Assembly (NCBI GenBank): GCA_964360585.1
Contig: CAYHXC010000001.1
Location: 21,907-85,906 of the forward strand
Direction of reading: 5' to 3'
DNA length: 64,000 nt
Source: an uncultured Candidatus Saccharibacteria bacterium
Lineage (GTDB): Bacteria; Patescibacteriota; Minisyncoccia; UBA6257; 2-01-FULL-56-20
Positions 8,731-18,282 of the stretch are shown piece after piece (position 1 is the stretch's first letter; each line of letters begins with the position of its first letter). A program made the translations under genes and the position numbers. The notes under the pieces were generated by a model. It did no database searches and had not been told where the DNA came from. It saw nothing but the letters and a program-made list of their open reading frames with translations.

Positions 8731-9857
8731 TAATTATAGTTCATTGAACCCAACCAGTGAAGTCGCCGGCGCAACCAGCGATTAATCTCTGGACTGCCCT
8801 GGTCGGAAAAGAAATCGAGAAGCGGCGCGCAATAGGAAAATTGTTCATACGAAGGCATTGGCCAGGCCTCGCCGGGTACAGAAAACCCCATCTTTTCAAG
8901 CAGTGTCTGGATAGAAATAGGCTCGAAGGAAAAACGCCGCGAAGCAAGGTGGACATCTTCCTGGCTGGTTATCAAAATCTTGGTCGGGGCGCCGATTTTT
9001 TTCAAAGATTCTTCGAGATGTTCGGAAACATCTTTAAACTTTTTCTGCAGCTGCTCTTCAATTGCCGTAGGTAGCTGCTTTTTTTGATACAGTCCGTAGA
9101 GATCGCGGGCGATCTCCTCATTCACTCCCCAGGTCTCGATAAATACCTCAAGATACTCCTTGGCCGACCAGGGAATATCCCGCCGCTCGTCCATTCGTCC
9201 CGTCTCCGAATCAGCCGCTCGAAAAACCGATGACTGCGGCGACTCAAAAACCGCCAGCGCGAAGGGCGGTTTATACGCTTTCCGCAAAGCGGTCAGTTTC
9301 GCTTCGGCTAAACTAGTGAAGAAAAAATTTGGTCGGCGGATAAGATTGCGGAGAGATTCGTAGAGCTTCCGCTGGACAAATGTAATCTCAATCGCCGTTT
9401 GCAACTCTTGGGGTGTAAAACCGATTGGATTGTGAACACGATGACCGTCAATTCTAAAATCAATCACCCGACTGTCGGCTAAGACAACATCAAGATCGGG
9501 TACGCCGAGCGCCTGACTGGCGATTTTTCGGTATTTAATAAACTCCTGATTCACACCGCGATTCAAAAGATTTTCCAGTTCGGGAAAAGACAGTTCGGTT
9601 TTTTCCTCGCGATGAACCCGAAAAGAGACATCGGCGGTGTAGGCCAAACTTGGCGAAGCGGCAACAATGACTGTCCAGTAGGGCATAATCTTCGGCCACC
9701 ACCGTCCCGGCCGCGCAATATGAAACTCCGGCCAGAACTTTTCGCAGGTGATGGAACGATCGCGCGTTACCGCAAATAAAACCGCGCTCACCTTTTCGGG
9801 CGCGATTAAAAGTACGAAAAATTTTTCTCTTCGATCAAACGGATTAAACCAAATCAC
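8730..9857 (-). CDS. Hypothetical protein
   Basis: 375-aa ORF with uniform coding character. No family recognised; a weak actin-like/FtsA-like N-terminal pattern only. Confidence 0.35.
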   Translation of the reverse strand: MIWFNPFDRREKFFVLLIAPEKVSAVLFAVTRDRSITCEKFWPEFHIARPGRWWPKIMPYWTVIVAASPSLAYTADVSFRVHREEKTELSFPELENLLNRGVNQEFIKYRKIASQALGVPDLDVVLADSRVIDFRIDGHRVHNPIGFTPQELQTAIEITFVQRKLYESLRNLIRRPNFFFTSLAEAKLTALRKAYKPPFALAVFESPQSSVFRAADSETGRMDERRDIPWSAKEYLEVFIETWGVNEEIARDLYGLYQKKQLPTAIEEQLQKKFKDVSEHLEESLKKIGAPTKILITSQEDVHLASRRFSFEPISIQTLLEKMGFSVPGEAWPMPSYEQFSYCAPLLDFFSDQGSPEINRWLRRRLHWLGSMNYN

Positions 9858-9886
9858 CGAATTCTATTGTACCATAGGCCCTACTG

Positions 9887-10948
9887 CTATAAATTCAAGG
9901 TTTTGGCGATCTGGCTAATGAGACCAAGTGCCACTGCCGAAGGCATTAAGCTATATGAATCAACGCCATTATCATCCTTGACCACCCAAGGCTTTTCAAT
10001 GGCGTCAACTTTTTTAGTCTCATTGTTATACACGTACTCATACATCGGCGTGAGCTCGTAATCATCCACTATATCTTTTTGATCTATGGGCACTGAGTTT
10101 CGGAGATAGAGTTTTGGGATTCCAGAAAGTTCCAAGAGTTGTTTCGAAATCTGATCATCAACTTCCAAGCGGGAGCGAATCGGTTCGATTCCTAGCTCAT
10201 CACCTTCTTTGGGCACCATCCGCTCGTGACAGTCGTCGCAAATAAGATAGAAAGATTTCTGAGTCTCGTCATAACCGACTTCTTTTGTTAAGGCAAGCTT
10301 CAAACTCCGCGGCGTATTACATTTGGGACATATCACGCGCGACTTGATGCGCTCATCAATAACCCGCTCCGGCACATCGATAAAAACCATGAAGTCAGGA
10401 TCATCTCGATATCCGATCAGCTCTTTCAAGAAAAGTGAATACCCTATTTGATCCATAGCTCGAGGGAAACCGTCGATGAAAATTGCCTTTTTGGGCCGGC
10501 GACTGATTTCGTACTTGATTAAAGCCACAATGAGCTCCGAAGACATGAGCGAACTTGTCCCTCGTCCCAGAATTAAGTCTTCCAATTCTTCAACAGAATG
10601 GAATCCGCGGAAATTCTTCTCCATAAACTCCAAAAGAGTTTTTTTATCATCTTCGGAAGATAAACTTTTATGAATGTCTCGAACGATGTCGCCAATAGAG
10701 ACATGGCCAACATGCTCCTTCCCCACTGCCTCCATGAACAGTTTTGAGTAGGTTCCTTTGCCAGAGTTCTTCTTCCCCATCAAGAAACCGACGAATGTTT
10801 TCGTTTCTAAATATTTTTTTAACTTCTCAATATCCGTCCCAGCCTTTGCCGCAAAATACTTCTTCCGATCTTCCGGATCGTTTAAATTAAACTTCTGAGT
10901 GACTCCTTCGGTTTTTGTTTTGAACACAGGGAAATTAACACCTTTCAT
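9887..10948 (-). CDS. adk: Adenylate kinase family protein with N- and C-terminal extensions (353 aa)
   Basis: P-loop GKKNSGKGT, IDGFPR NMP-binding motif, and a Cys4 zinc LID (CPKC...CDDC). It occupies the position where adk normally sits upstream of infA in the conserved cluster. Confidence 0.65.
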   Translation of the reverse strand: MKGVNFPVFKTKTEGVTQKFNLNDPEDRKKYFAAKAGTDIEKLKKYLETKTFVGFLMGKKNSGKGTYSKLFMEAVGKEHVGHVSIGDIVRDIHKSLSSEDDKKTLLEFMEKNFRGFHSVEELEDLILGRGTSSLMSSELIVALIKYEISRRPKKAIFIDGFPRAMDQIGYSLFLKELIGYRDDPDFMVFIDVPERVIDERIKSRVICPKCNTPRSLKLALTKEVGYDETQKSFYLICDDCHERMVPKEGDELGIEPIRSRLEVDDQISKQLLELSGIPKLYLRNSVPIDQKDIVDDYELTPMYEYVYNNETKKVDAIEKPWVVKDDNGVDSYSLMPSAVALGLISQIAKTLNL

Positions 10949-11076
10949 GTTGTACTCTTTATTTTTTATTATTAATTTCCAATCCTAATCGATTAGTGTA
11001 TTTATGGCAACTGCGAATTAGATAGTTGACCGTTCTTTTTGATTCACTTACTATCCCAAGTAGCAAGGAGTGTCTC

Positions 11077-11463
11077 ATGTCAAAAGCACGACTCGAGGTA
11101 TGTACTCTCTGCGGAAAACATGGGCGCATCATTCTGGCCGATGGATTTATCGGCCCAGAGTTCTGTTTCCAGCATAACGGATTCCAGATTGTCGAAGAAG
11201 GTCTCAGGTTCGAGCGATTTTCTACTACGGAAGCATCTTCTTTTATGACAGAGATAGCGCAATCTACCATTCCACCGAGTCACAGAGAAGTATCGCTGGA
11301 CTTTATATGGAGGGTGGAGAGGTGCAATCAAGTACGCCATGAAACCGGAAACTATCGAGTTTTCGATGCCTCGCAAATCCACGCTTTCCTCCAGAGACCG
11401 CCTGACGTGCCAATGCCCTCTGATCTTCTCTCAGTTCTCGATATGAATTTTTCTACTCACTAA
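11077..11463 (+). CDS. Hypothetical protein with N-terminal CxxC pair
   Basis: 128 aa from the ATG at 11077. It is preceded by aaggag 8 nt upstream, one of the few clear SD sites here. No family recognised. Confidence 0.3.
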   Translation: MSKARLEVCTLCGKHGRIILADGFIGPEFCFQHNGFQIVEEGLRFERFSTTEASSFMTEIAQSTIPPSHREVSLDFIWRVERCNQVRHETGNYRVFDASQIHAFLQRPPDVPMPSDLLSVLDMNFSTH

Positions 11464-11492
11464 GTGCCAAACGGCACTTTTTTTAAATCAAT

Positions 11493-11930
11493 TTAATCCG
11501 AAACAAGAATGACCTTGCCTTCAGGCCGTGTCCAATCAGTAAAACGCCACCATGTGGGTTCGAAAACAAACGAAATAAATTTCGGATCGGCTGCTTTTTC
11601 TTTTTTATTTGGGAACTTGCCTAAATAGACTTTTTCAAACAGTATTTTTTCTTCTGCTGTAATCAATCTAGCATCTCCATCAAGTTGCAAGGTTTTCAAA
11701 TCGTTCTCATTTACGCCAACTACGAAGGAGGCTCTGGTAGCATTTCTTTTCGTAATCGGTTCAGCCTTTCGATATTCGCTACGCGTTTCAAAGAAAAACT
11801 GATTCGAATTCTCGTCATATGCAAAATGCACAGTGGCGGCATGCGGTGAGCCATCGAGCATCTCGACCGCCAAAACACCAATTCGCTGAGTCTTCAAATA
11901 GTCAACAATACTGGGATCAAAAGCTTTCAT
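11493..11930 (-). CDS. Pyridoxamine 5'-phosphate oxidase-like FMN-binding split-barrel protein
   Basis: 145 aa, ...IGVLAV...GSPHAATVHFAYD... pattern of the PNPOx-like / general stress protein 26 family. Confidence 0.55.
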   Translation of the reverse strand: MKAFDPSIVDYLKTQRIGVLAVEMLDGSPHAATVHFAYDENSNQFFFETRSEYRKAEPITKRNATRASFVVGVNENDLKTLQLDGDARLITAEEKILFEKVYLGKFPNKKEKAADPKFISFVFEPTWWRFTDWTRPEGKVILVSD

Positions 11931-12077
11931 AATATTTTTCTCGGTTATAACAAATAATACGATGCTGAAGATTTGTGCTCATTTCAAGGCGTAGCTGAGG
12001 AGCGAAGTAAAGCGTACTCAAATGTACGTTGTCGAGCACCGCAAGCTACAACACAGAAATGAGCCAAATATTCTGCA

Positions 12078-13430
12078 TCACGGCTCCAGTCTTTTGACGC
12101 CACGGTAAAGGAACATCGCCTCTCGCACATTATCAATGCCTAAAAGTTTCATCATCACCCGATTCGGCCCCATGCCAAATCCTCCGTGGGGCGGACAACC
12201 ATACTTAAAAAAGTTTAAGTAGAACTGAATACTCTCCACATTCATTCCCTTTTCTTTGGCTTGGGAAACAAGTACGTCATACCGATGTTCGCGCTGGGCG
12301 CCAGTCGTCACTTCCAAACCGCCCCATAAAAGATCGAAGCTCTTCGTGAGCGTCGGATCATTCTCATGACGCATATGATAAAAGGGACGAACGCTGGCTG
12401 GATAGTCGGTGATAAATACAAACTCATGTCCTTTTTCTTTCAAGACATACTCGGAAATTTTCCGTTCCTCTTCGGGCGAAAGATCCCCTTCTTTCTCACT
12501 GGCTACGCCCATGCCTTTCAATATCTCTTTCGCTTCTTTCATAGAAACTCTTGGGAACGGGACTGTGGGAACAGTTACCTCTCGATCAAATTCTTTTTTT
12601 ATCGCCTCGCCATGCTTTTCCTTTACTGCGCGAATCGCTTCAGCGATCGCTTCTTCTTCAGCTTTCATCACATCTTCGTGTGAATCAATGTACGAGAGTT
12701 CGGCATCATAACCGGTAAACTCCGTAGCGTGGCGAGAGGTGAATGATGGCTCGGCTCGAAAAACTGGGCCAACTTCAAACACCTTCTCAAATCCCGCCGC
12801 CATGGCCATCTGCTTATAAAACTGGGGAGACTGCGCTAGGTACGCCGTCTTTTCAAAATACTTTACTTCAAATACTTCTGCCCCTGACTCGCTCGGCGCT
12901 CCAATCAGCTTCGGGGTATGAATTTCCACATATCCATTCTTCAGCCAGTAGTTGCGGAAAGCAGCTTCGAGCGTTGTCCAAACTTGAAAAGTGAGGAGGC
13001 TGTGGGGTTTTCGCAAATCCAACCAGCGCCAGTCGAGGCGAATGGATTGATCGGCTTCTTCCTGGCTTCCTTTTTCCAAAATCGGAATCGGTAATTCCGG
13101 ATTGGCTAAGGACAAAATCTCCAGTTCTTTGGCCAACACTTCGAAGCCGCCCGGCGCCTGATCCTCTTTTTTGGCCAAACCCTTAACCGCGATGACCGAC
13201 TCCATGGTGACCGTCTGGGCTTTCTGCATCGTCTCCAAAAATTCTTTGGTAAACACAACCTGAACCAGACCGGTGGCATCCCGAACCAAAATGAAAACGA
13301 TCTTCCCTTGATCGCGAATTGTTTGCGCGAAACCTTTTATCTCAACTTCCTGGCCATCTTTTTTGGCAATCTCCGAGATCAGTGTTCTCATTTGTGTTAC
13401 ACTATACTGGAACTCCTTTGAAAAATCCAC
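12078..13430 (-). CDS. aspS: Class II aminoacyl-tRNA synthetase, archaeal/eukaryotic-type AspRS/AsnRS (probably aspartate--tRNA ligase)
   Basis: 450 aa. N-terminal OB anticodon-binding domain, FRAEPSFTSRHATEFTGYDAE, and GGFGMGPNRVMM...RLEP C-terminus typical of type-2 AspRS/AsnRS. Confidence 0.7.
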   Translation of the reverse strand: MDFSKEFQYSVTQMRTLISEIAKKDGQEVEIKGFAQTIRDQGKIVFILVRDATGLVQVVFTKEFLETMQKAQTVTMESVIAVKGLAKKEDQAPGGFEVLAKELEILSLANPELPIPILEKGSQEEADQSIRLDWRWLDLRKPHSLLTFQVWTTLEAAFRNYWLKNGYVEIHTPKLIGAPSESGAEVFEVKYFEKTAYLAQSPQFYKQMAMAAGFEKVFEVGPVFRAEPSFTSRHATEFTGYDAELSYIDSHEDVMKAEEEAIAEAIRAVKEKHGEAIKKEFDREVTVPTVPFPRVSMKEAKEILKGMGVASEKEGDLSPEEERKISEYVLKEKGHEFVFITDYPASVRPFYHMRHENDPTLTKSFDLLWGGLEVTTGAQREHRYDVLVSQAKEKGMNVESIQFYLNFFKYGCPPHGGFGMGPNRVMMKLLGIDNVREAMFLYRGVKRLEP

Positions 13431-13573
13431 TTCTACTGCAACAACTGCTTTTCAGCTACGAAACATTCATTCCTCCTCGACATAGCGCAAACTATGCCTT
13501 GTCGGACTTCGTGCTTCTCGCAAGAAAATCATTTGTTTCGTAACGAAGGCGATTTCTCAAAGCAATTCCAACA

Positions 13574-14044
13574 ATGATGGATTTTTCTCAAATTATGGGT
13601 CGGCTCGTCGTGGCTATGGTTTGCGGCGCGCTCATGGGCCTTGAACGCGAACTTGCCGGCAAAGAGGCGGGCGTCCGGACAGAGATGCTCGTCTCGGGCG
13701 GCGCTTCCCTCTTTACATTAATCGCCTTGAATCTTCCTTACATCTTGAGCGACACTCCGGAGACATCCTCGGCAATTTTTATCCATAATGCCGGTGTTCT
13801 TTCAATCATTGCCAATATCGTGGTTGGCATCGGATTTCTTGGCGCCGGCATTATTATCAAGAATCAGTCACATGTGTTTGGACTCACCACCGCCGCCCTT
13901 GTCTGGACAACGGGAGCCATCGGCGTCCTCGTTGGCCTCGGCATGTTTGAAATCGCGATCGCCTCAAGCATACTCTTTTCCGGCGTTCTCTACCTCTTAC
14001 GCCGCATGAATATCGCCGAAGTTGTGGAAGCTGTTCGGGATTGA
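13574..14044 (+). CDS. mgtC: MgtC/SapB family membrane protein
   Basis: 156 aa, GLERELAGKEAGVRTEMLVSGGASLF... is the MgtC signature. Multiple TM helices. Confidence 0.7.
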   Translation: MMDFSQIMGRLVVAMVCGALMGLERELAGKEAGVRTEMLVSGGASLFTLIALNLPYILSDTPETSSAIFIHNAGVLSIIANIVVGIGFLGAGIIIKNQSHVFGLTTAALVWTTGAIGVLVGLGMFEIAIASSILFSGVLYLLRRMNIAEVVEAVRD

Positions 14045-14077
14045 ATAACTCACTCTGAAAATAATGCGTAGAAAACA

Positions 14078-14108
14078 ACCTCGTGAAGAGGTTGTTTTCT
14101 ATATTCTA
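14078..14108 (+). terminator. Rho-independent terminator (aaaacaacctc gtgaa gaggttgtttt)
   Basis: 11-bp perfect stem plus T-run immediately after mgtC. Confidence 0.6.
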
Positions 14109-14236
14109 TCCGTCTCCTCTCTTATCTCTGCCCTGCCGCCAGTCTCTGTACCGGAAGGTGGAGTGGCCGCAGGGAGTTATGCCTGGAGAGATTTGAGCAG
14201 TGGTTCAAACTCAGCTCGGGCTATTATGGTGCTTTT

Positions 14237-15472
14237 TTAAAACTCTCTTCTTACAAGTACAGCTTCGGCTGGAGAAAGAACTCGGCGGTAGATGCGAAAT
14301 TCGTCTAAGGCTCCACCTAGAGCTAAATTCAACCCTGAATTATTTCCAAGAAATACTGAAAAGGGATTATCATCAAGTCGAGTACCACTTCCATCAACAC
14401 TCACCACATAGCTCCCCTCTACGCCATTGTGATATAAACGCACATTATCGGCATTAGAAGATCCGTCCCACGTTATGAGTCCATGATTCCACGCACCACT
14501 AACCCACGGCACATTAGCAAGTCTGACTAAATTACTCGTTGAGTAACCAACATTAAAGATAAGCTGCGAACCGACGGGAGGTAACATAACTGTCCCGCCC
14601 CATCCTCCCCCTTTTGCAAAGGAAGATGTGAGGCCAGACCCATCAGGTCTTAACCAGTAACTTAGTGTAAAAGCTGGCATGTTATCGAAAGAAGTACCGC
14701 TTCCGACATTAATGACTCTATTATTAGATCCTCCACTGAACTGTACTGCTCGAGCGAATTTCCCAGATGTCCACACTGGGCTATTTATAAGTGTTCCAGT
14801 ATTGGTATAACCAGATACATCATTGGCAACAATTCCCCCTCCCTCATTTAGATTCCAGTATCCAATCATGCCATTTGCAAAAGGACTGATAGAGAGATCA
14901 GTGCCAAACTCGTACATAGTTGGATCAAAGCCGCTATCCTTTATCATCAGATCTCCGTACTTAGATGACTCAAGAGTAGCCGTTAACTCCCACTTTCCAC
15001 TCCTTGTCGCGTAGGTGTAGTATCTTCGTCCCGTAGAAGTAGCGTTCAAAGCATCAATTGGTAACGTTGGAAGTACTGGTTCGGTGCCAAGCAACTTGAA
15101 GTCAATGGGCATCCAGCCCTGACCATGCGGATCACGCATGGTTGAAGACGCCGCGCAGTGATAACTCCAGCCTGTAGGTAACGGTATCAGCCCTAGGGTG
15201 CCACAGTCAGTTCCGGCTGTCGTAGTAGCATTCGCATCAATAAGTGATAGATAGAGGACATTACTCTGACCAAGGTTGATGCTGTTTGCCTGACCAAGAG
15301 TAAAAGCCTTATTGATATTATTGAGATCGGACAATCTTCTCGAGTCGCGAGCAGCTCTCAACAGTTCTGCTGGTTGAAGAACTAAAACTACGATTACGCT
15401 GAGTGTCGCGATAATCGCGATAACGACTAAGAGCTCAATCAAGGTGAACCCTTTCCCCCAATCTCTGTGCAT
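14237..15472 (-). CDS. Prepilin-type N-terminal cleavage/methylation domain protein fused to a LamG/concanavalin-like jelly-roll domain
   Basis: N-terminus KGFTLIELLVVIAIIATL is the type IV pilin motif. The C-terminus LGGALDEFRIYRRVLSPAEAV matches the LamG-domain signature. Confidence 0.6.
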   Translation of the reverse strand: MHRDWGKGFTLIELLVVIAIIATLSVIVVLVLQPAELLRAARDSRRLSDLNNINKAFTLGQANSINLGQSNVLYLSLIDANATTTAGTDCGTLGLIPLPTGWSYHCAASSTMRDPHGQGWMPIDFKLLGTEPVLPTLPIDALNATSTGRRYYTYATRSGKWELTATLESSKYGDLMIKDSGFDPTMYEFGTDLSISPFANGMIGYWNLNEGGGIVANDVSGYTNTGTLINSPVWTSGKFARAVQFSGGSNNRVINVGSGTSFDNMPAFTLSYWLRPDGSGLTSSFAKGGGWGGTVMLPPVGSQLIFNVGYSTSNLVRLANVPWVSGAWNHGLITWDGSSNADNVRLYHNGVEGSYVVSVDGSGTRLDDNPFSVFLGNNSGLNLALGGALDEFRIYRRVLSPAEAVLVRREF

Positions 15473-15533
15473 TACCGACTAGTATACCACCTTCACTGTA
15501 GCAATGATCCTCCCAAGCTGAATATAAGGATAC

Positions 15534-16061
15534 CTAGGACGACTTCATGACAAATCGCCATTTTCTTTTTATCCAGTAGGGTCCGGCATAGATAATACCA
15601 ACTCGTCCGGTCTTTTTTATTTTATTTTTGGGAATCTTGATTCCCCTGTCTTCAATCCATAGTCCGCTCTTTTTTGAAGCTGGTGCGCCATTTAAATTCT
15701 TATCAATTTGCAATTCTTTTGTAAGACGGGCGGGACCGTTTAGACCCTCAACGCCACGAATCAAAACTGCCGCCGGATACTCCTTCTCGCGCGTCACAAT
15801 GTTCAACATCCAGTGCATGCCGTAGGTGAAATAGACATACCAAAATCCAGCGTGACCAAACATGATCGTATTGCGATTCGTTTTTCCCCGTGACGCATGC
15901 GAGGCTTTATCATGAAAACCATCATAGGCCTCCGTTTCCAAAATCATCCGTGCCATAATTTCCCCGCTCGGCAATCGCCGCATCAAAAACTTCCCTAAAA
16001 GTTCTTCGGCCACTTGCGGCGTTGGTCGATTAAAAAAATCTACACTTAAAACTTTTTTCAC
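15534..16061 (-). CDS. mpg: DNA-3-methyladenine glycosylase (Mpg/AAG family)
   Basis: 175 aa, ETEAYDGFHDKASHASRGKTNRNTIMFGHAGFWYVYFTYGMHWMLNIV is the MPG family core. Confidence 0.75.
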   Translation of the reverse strand: MKKVLSVDFFNRPTPQVAEELLGKFLMRRLPSGEIMARMILETEAYDGFHDKASHASRGKTNRNTIMFGHAGFWYVYFTYGMHWMLNIVTREKEYPAAVLIRGVEGLNGPARLTKELQIDKNLNGAPASKKSGLWIEDRGIKIPKNKIKKTGRVGIIYAGPYWIKRKWRFVMKSS

Positions 16062-16161
16062 TTTATTTTTGTACCACGTATCAACCGGCCTGCCAAAATT
16101 TGCAAATACTAATTTATTTCACTATAGTTCTTCCAGCAAAAAAAATCGAAAGGAATTCACC

Positions 16162-17184
16162 ATGCGTTTACCAGCAGAATGGGAATCTCACGAATGTACG
16201 TGGATGGGCTGGCCTCACCAGAAGAAGGGTTGGCCAGGACGATTTCAGGAAATGAAGTACGTCTTCGGACTCATGGCCTTTATTCTCACGAGACAGTGCG
16301 GAGAAAAAATTAGAATTCTGGTTCTCGATTCGGACCATAAAACAGAAGCTGAACGGATACTGAAAAGCATGGATGCTGATCTTGACATGATCTCCTTCCA
16401 TGCGATCGAAACCGATCGTTCCTGGCTGCGAGATACAGCACCAATCTTCGTCGAAGATCAGGAAAGGAAACTCGTTGGTCTTGACTTCCTCTTCAACGGT
16501 TGGAATAGGTATTCCAATTTCCAACTGGATAATGCCGCCAAAATCCAGATAGCGAAGATTGCCCAAGCGATCCACCGCGAACCACGACTTGGAAGCCAGC
16601 GGGTTATCCTCGAAGGCGGCGCGATTGATGTCAATGAAAGAAGCGCCCTCCTCACCACCGAAGAATGCCTCTTGGCGGGAAAAACGGCGCGACATCCCGA
16701 CTGGACGAAAGATCAGTGGGAAGTAGTCTTCGAAACCTACTTTGGCACAACGGAAACCATCTGGCTGAAGTTCGGCATTCGAGGCGACGATACTGGAGGA
16801 CACATTGATGATCTGGCGCGTTTTACCAGCGCTGATCAGATCGTTACACTCGATCCGAAGTCAGCTAAACATGAGCAGGATTTCCACGCTCTCACAGCTA
16901 ATCTGGAAGTCCTATCCAATACCGTGTACAACATCGTGAAGCTTCCAATGCCTGATCCGGTGATCTACCAAGGACAACAACTGCCTGCGAGCTACTGCAA
17001 TTTCTACATCGGTAATGAGGCGGTGATTGTTCCGGTCTTCAACGACCCGAATGATTACATTGCTCTGGGAATCCTGACGGAAATCTTCGATGAGCGCCGG
17101 GTAATTCCGTTCGATTGTCGAGCGCTCGTATGGGGCTACGGCGCAGTCCACTGCGCCTTGATGCAGCAACCGAAAATTATCTGA
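16162..17184 (+). CDS. aguA: Agmatine deiminase / Porphyromonas-type peptidyl-arginine deiminase family
   Basis: Start taken at MRLPAEWESHECTWMGWPH, preceded by aaagga. C-terminal GAVHCALMQQ is the catalytic Cys motif of AguA. Confidence 0.7.
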   Translation: MRLPAEWESHECTWMGWPHQKKGWPGRFQEMKYVFGLMAFILTRQCGEKIRILVLDSDHKTEAERILKSMDADLDMISFHAIETDRSWLRDTAPIFVEDQERKLVGLDFLFNGWNRYSNFQLDNAAKIQIAKIAQAIHREPRLGSQRVILEGGAIDVNERSALLTTEECLLAGKTARHPDWTKDQWEVVFETYFGTTETIWLKFGIRGDDTGGHIDDLARFTSADQIVTLDPKSAKHEQDFHALTANLEVLSNTVYNIVKLPMPDPVIYQGQQLPASYCNFYIGNEAVIVPVFNDPNDYIALGILTEIFDERRVIPFDCRALVWGYGAVHCALMQQPKII

Positions 17185-17191
17185 CGTTCCA

Positions 17192-17222
17192 AGCGACTTT
17201 AATACGGTCGCTTTTTTATTTT
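17192..17222 (+). terminator. Terminator hairpin (agcgac tttaatacg gtcgct + T-run)
   Basis: Directly after the aguA stop. Confidence 0.5.
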
Positions 17223-17242
17223 CTCTATATTACCAAAACAAA

Positions 17243-17268
17243 ACACCGGCTTTCGCCGGTGTTTTGCA
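17243..17268. terminator. Bidirectional terminator (aaaacaccggc tttc gccggtgtttt)
   Basis: 11-bp perfect stem. It lies just 3' of the rnpB P1 3' strand on the minus strand. Confidence 0.6.
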
Positions 17269-17292
17269 GTCATTCTATAAGCGGGATTCTGT

Positions 17293-17389
17293 CCCCCTGT
17301 CCTTAATCGTGAATCAGAGATTTCCTTCCTATGACCAATCAACTTAATTTTATTGACTGGCTCTCCATTCAAGACTAAGGACAGGGGGG
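17293..17389. mobile_element. Internally deleted derivative of the GIY-YIG element (14-bp TIR CCCCCTGTCCTTAA / TTAAGGACAGGGGG), inserted between the P2 and P4 3' strands of rnpB
   Basis: Same TIR as the pair flanking the GIY-YIG ORF at 17998-18282. The ends are similar (CCUUAGUC... / ...CGAUUAAGG). Only a ~9-codon ORF remains. Confidence 0.45.
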
Positions 17390-17530
17390 ACGATCATTTA
17401 TCTGGGCCGGCGATTACTCGCCGGCTCAAGTCCTTCGACTTCGCTCAGGATAAACCCAACTGAAATCGATGAGACTATGCGGCACAAACCAATGCTCCGC
17501 ATTGGAAATACAAAAGAAATCATAAACTCG

Positions 17531-17638
17531 AAGCACGAAACTCGAAACAATACTGAATGTCCAAAGTTCAAAGGTTTGAAACATTGGGAATTTGTTCGCC
17601 AGTTGGCGAATTGTTTCGGATTTCGATATTCGGATTTC
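17531..17638. repeat. IVS-like stem-loop inside rnpB, homologous to the stem flanking the four-helix-bundle cassette at 19720-20175
   Basis: Arms cgaagcacgaaactcgaaaca and tgtttcggatttcgatattcgg pair with each other. Both arms match the flanks at 19720-19750 and 20145-20172. Confidence 0.4.
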
Positions 17639-17997
17639 AAATTTCATCTTGTGCTTCCCAGTGCGAAGCACTGGAGTACGACCTTGCACTCAAGTAAGGA
17701 TTTAGCCGTTTCACCCTTCGACTTCGCTCAGGGTAAACCCTTCGATTTTACTCGAAAGCCCCAAGTTTATATGAAGGATCACCCCACTTCGCATAAAGCT
17801 CCGCGGGGCGGTTATATCCTTGCGGATATAACCGTCTCTGCTCGCACCTCTATCCTTCCCTTCAACTACGTTCAGGACTAGTAATCCTGAGTTACATCGA
17901 AGGATTGCGGACGGTGGCCGTTAACCACTACCGACTACGAAACTCTTTTAAGGATTAATCAGTCTTAAAAGAATCCCGTGAGTGTCCCGACTTTCCT

Positions 17998-18282
17998 CCC
18001 CCTGCCCTTAATCTTCGTTACTCGCCACAATACGTTTCTTTAATTCGCCGTAAGCTGTACTGAATTTTTTGAGCTGTCTTTCTCGTTTCTGAGCATCAGA
18101 CTTTTCGAGATAAGCTTCGTAATAAATCAGTACCCAGGGTTCTCGATATCTTGTTGCCGGAGATAAACCATTCTGATGCTCAGTAAATCTCCTTCGCAAA
18201 TTATCCGTACAACCAATGTACAGCTTACGATCTTTTTTACTTTTCAAAACGTACGTGTAGAACATCGACTAAGGGCGGGGGG
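17998..18282. mobile_element. GIY-YIG endonuclease element bounded by 14-bp inverted repeats, occupying the P3 position of rnpB
   Basis: TIR tccccctgcccttaa (17998-18011) and ctaagggcgggggg (18269-18282). The ORF start lies 3 nt inside one repeat and the stop codon lies within the other. Confidence 0.5.
18008..18265 (-). CDS. GIY-YIG nuclease family protein (small standalone, YhbQ/UPF0213-like)
   Basis: 85 aa, MFYTYVLKSKKDRKLYIGCTDNLRRRFTEHQNG...KSDAQKRERQLKK. Contains the GIY...YIG motif, the conserved Arg, and the Glu of the catalytic core. Confidence 0.75.
   Translation of the reverse strand: MFYTYVLKSKKDRKLYIGCTDNLRRRFTEHQNGLSPATRYREPWVLIYYEAYLEKSDAQKRERQLKKFSTAYGELKKRIVASNED

Noticed and set aside
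10959-11270. 103-aa minus-strand ORF overlapping the 11077..11463 plus-strand ORF
   Set aside because: It is antisense overlap with a better-supported plus-strand gene that is SD-preceded and has a CxxC pair. No motifs, so likely spurious.
17398-17881. Several overlapping ORFs of 80-134 aa on both strands at 17398-17881
   Set aside because: All lie within the RNase P RNA gene and overlap each other in multiple frames, with no protein motifs. The region is explained as structured RNA plus insertions.
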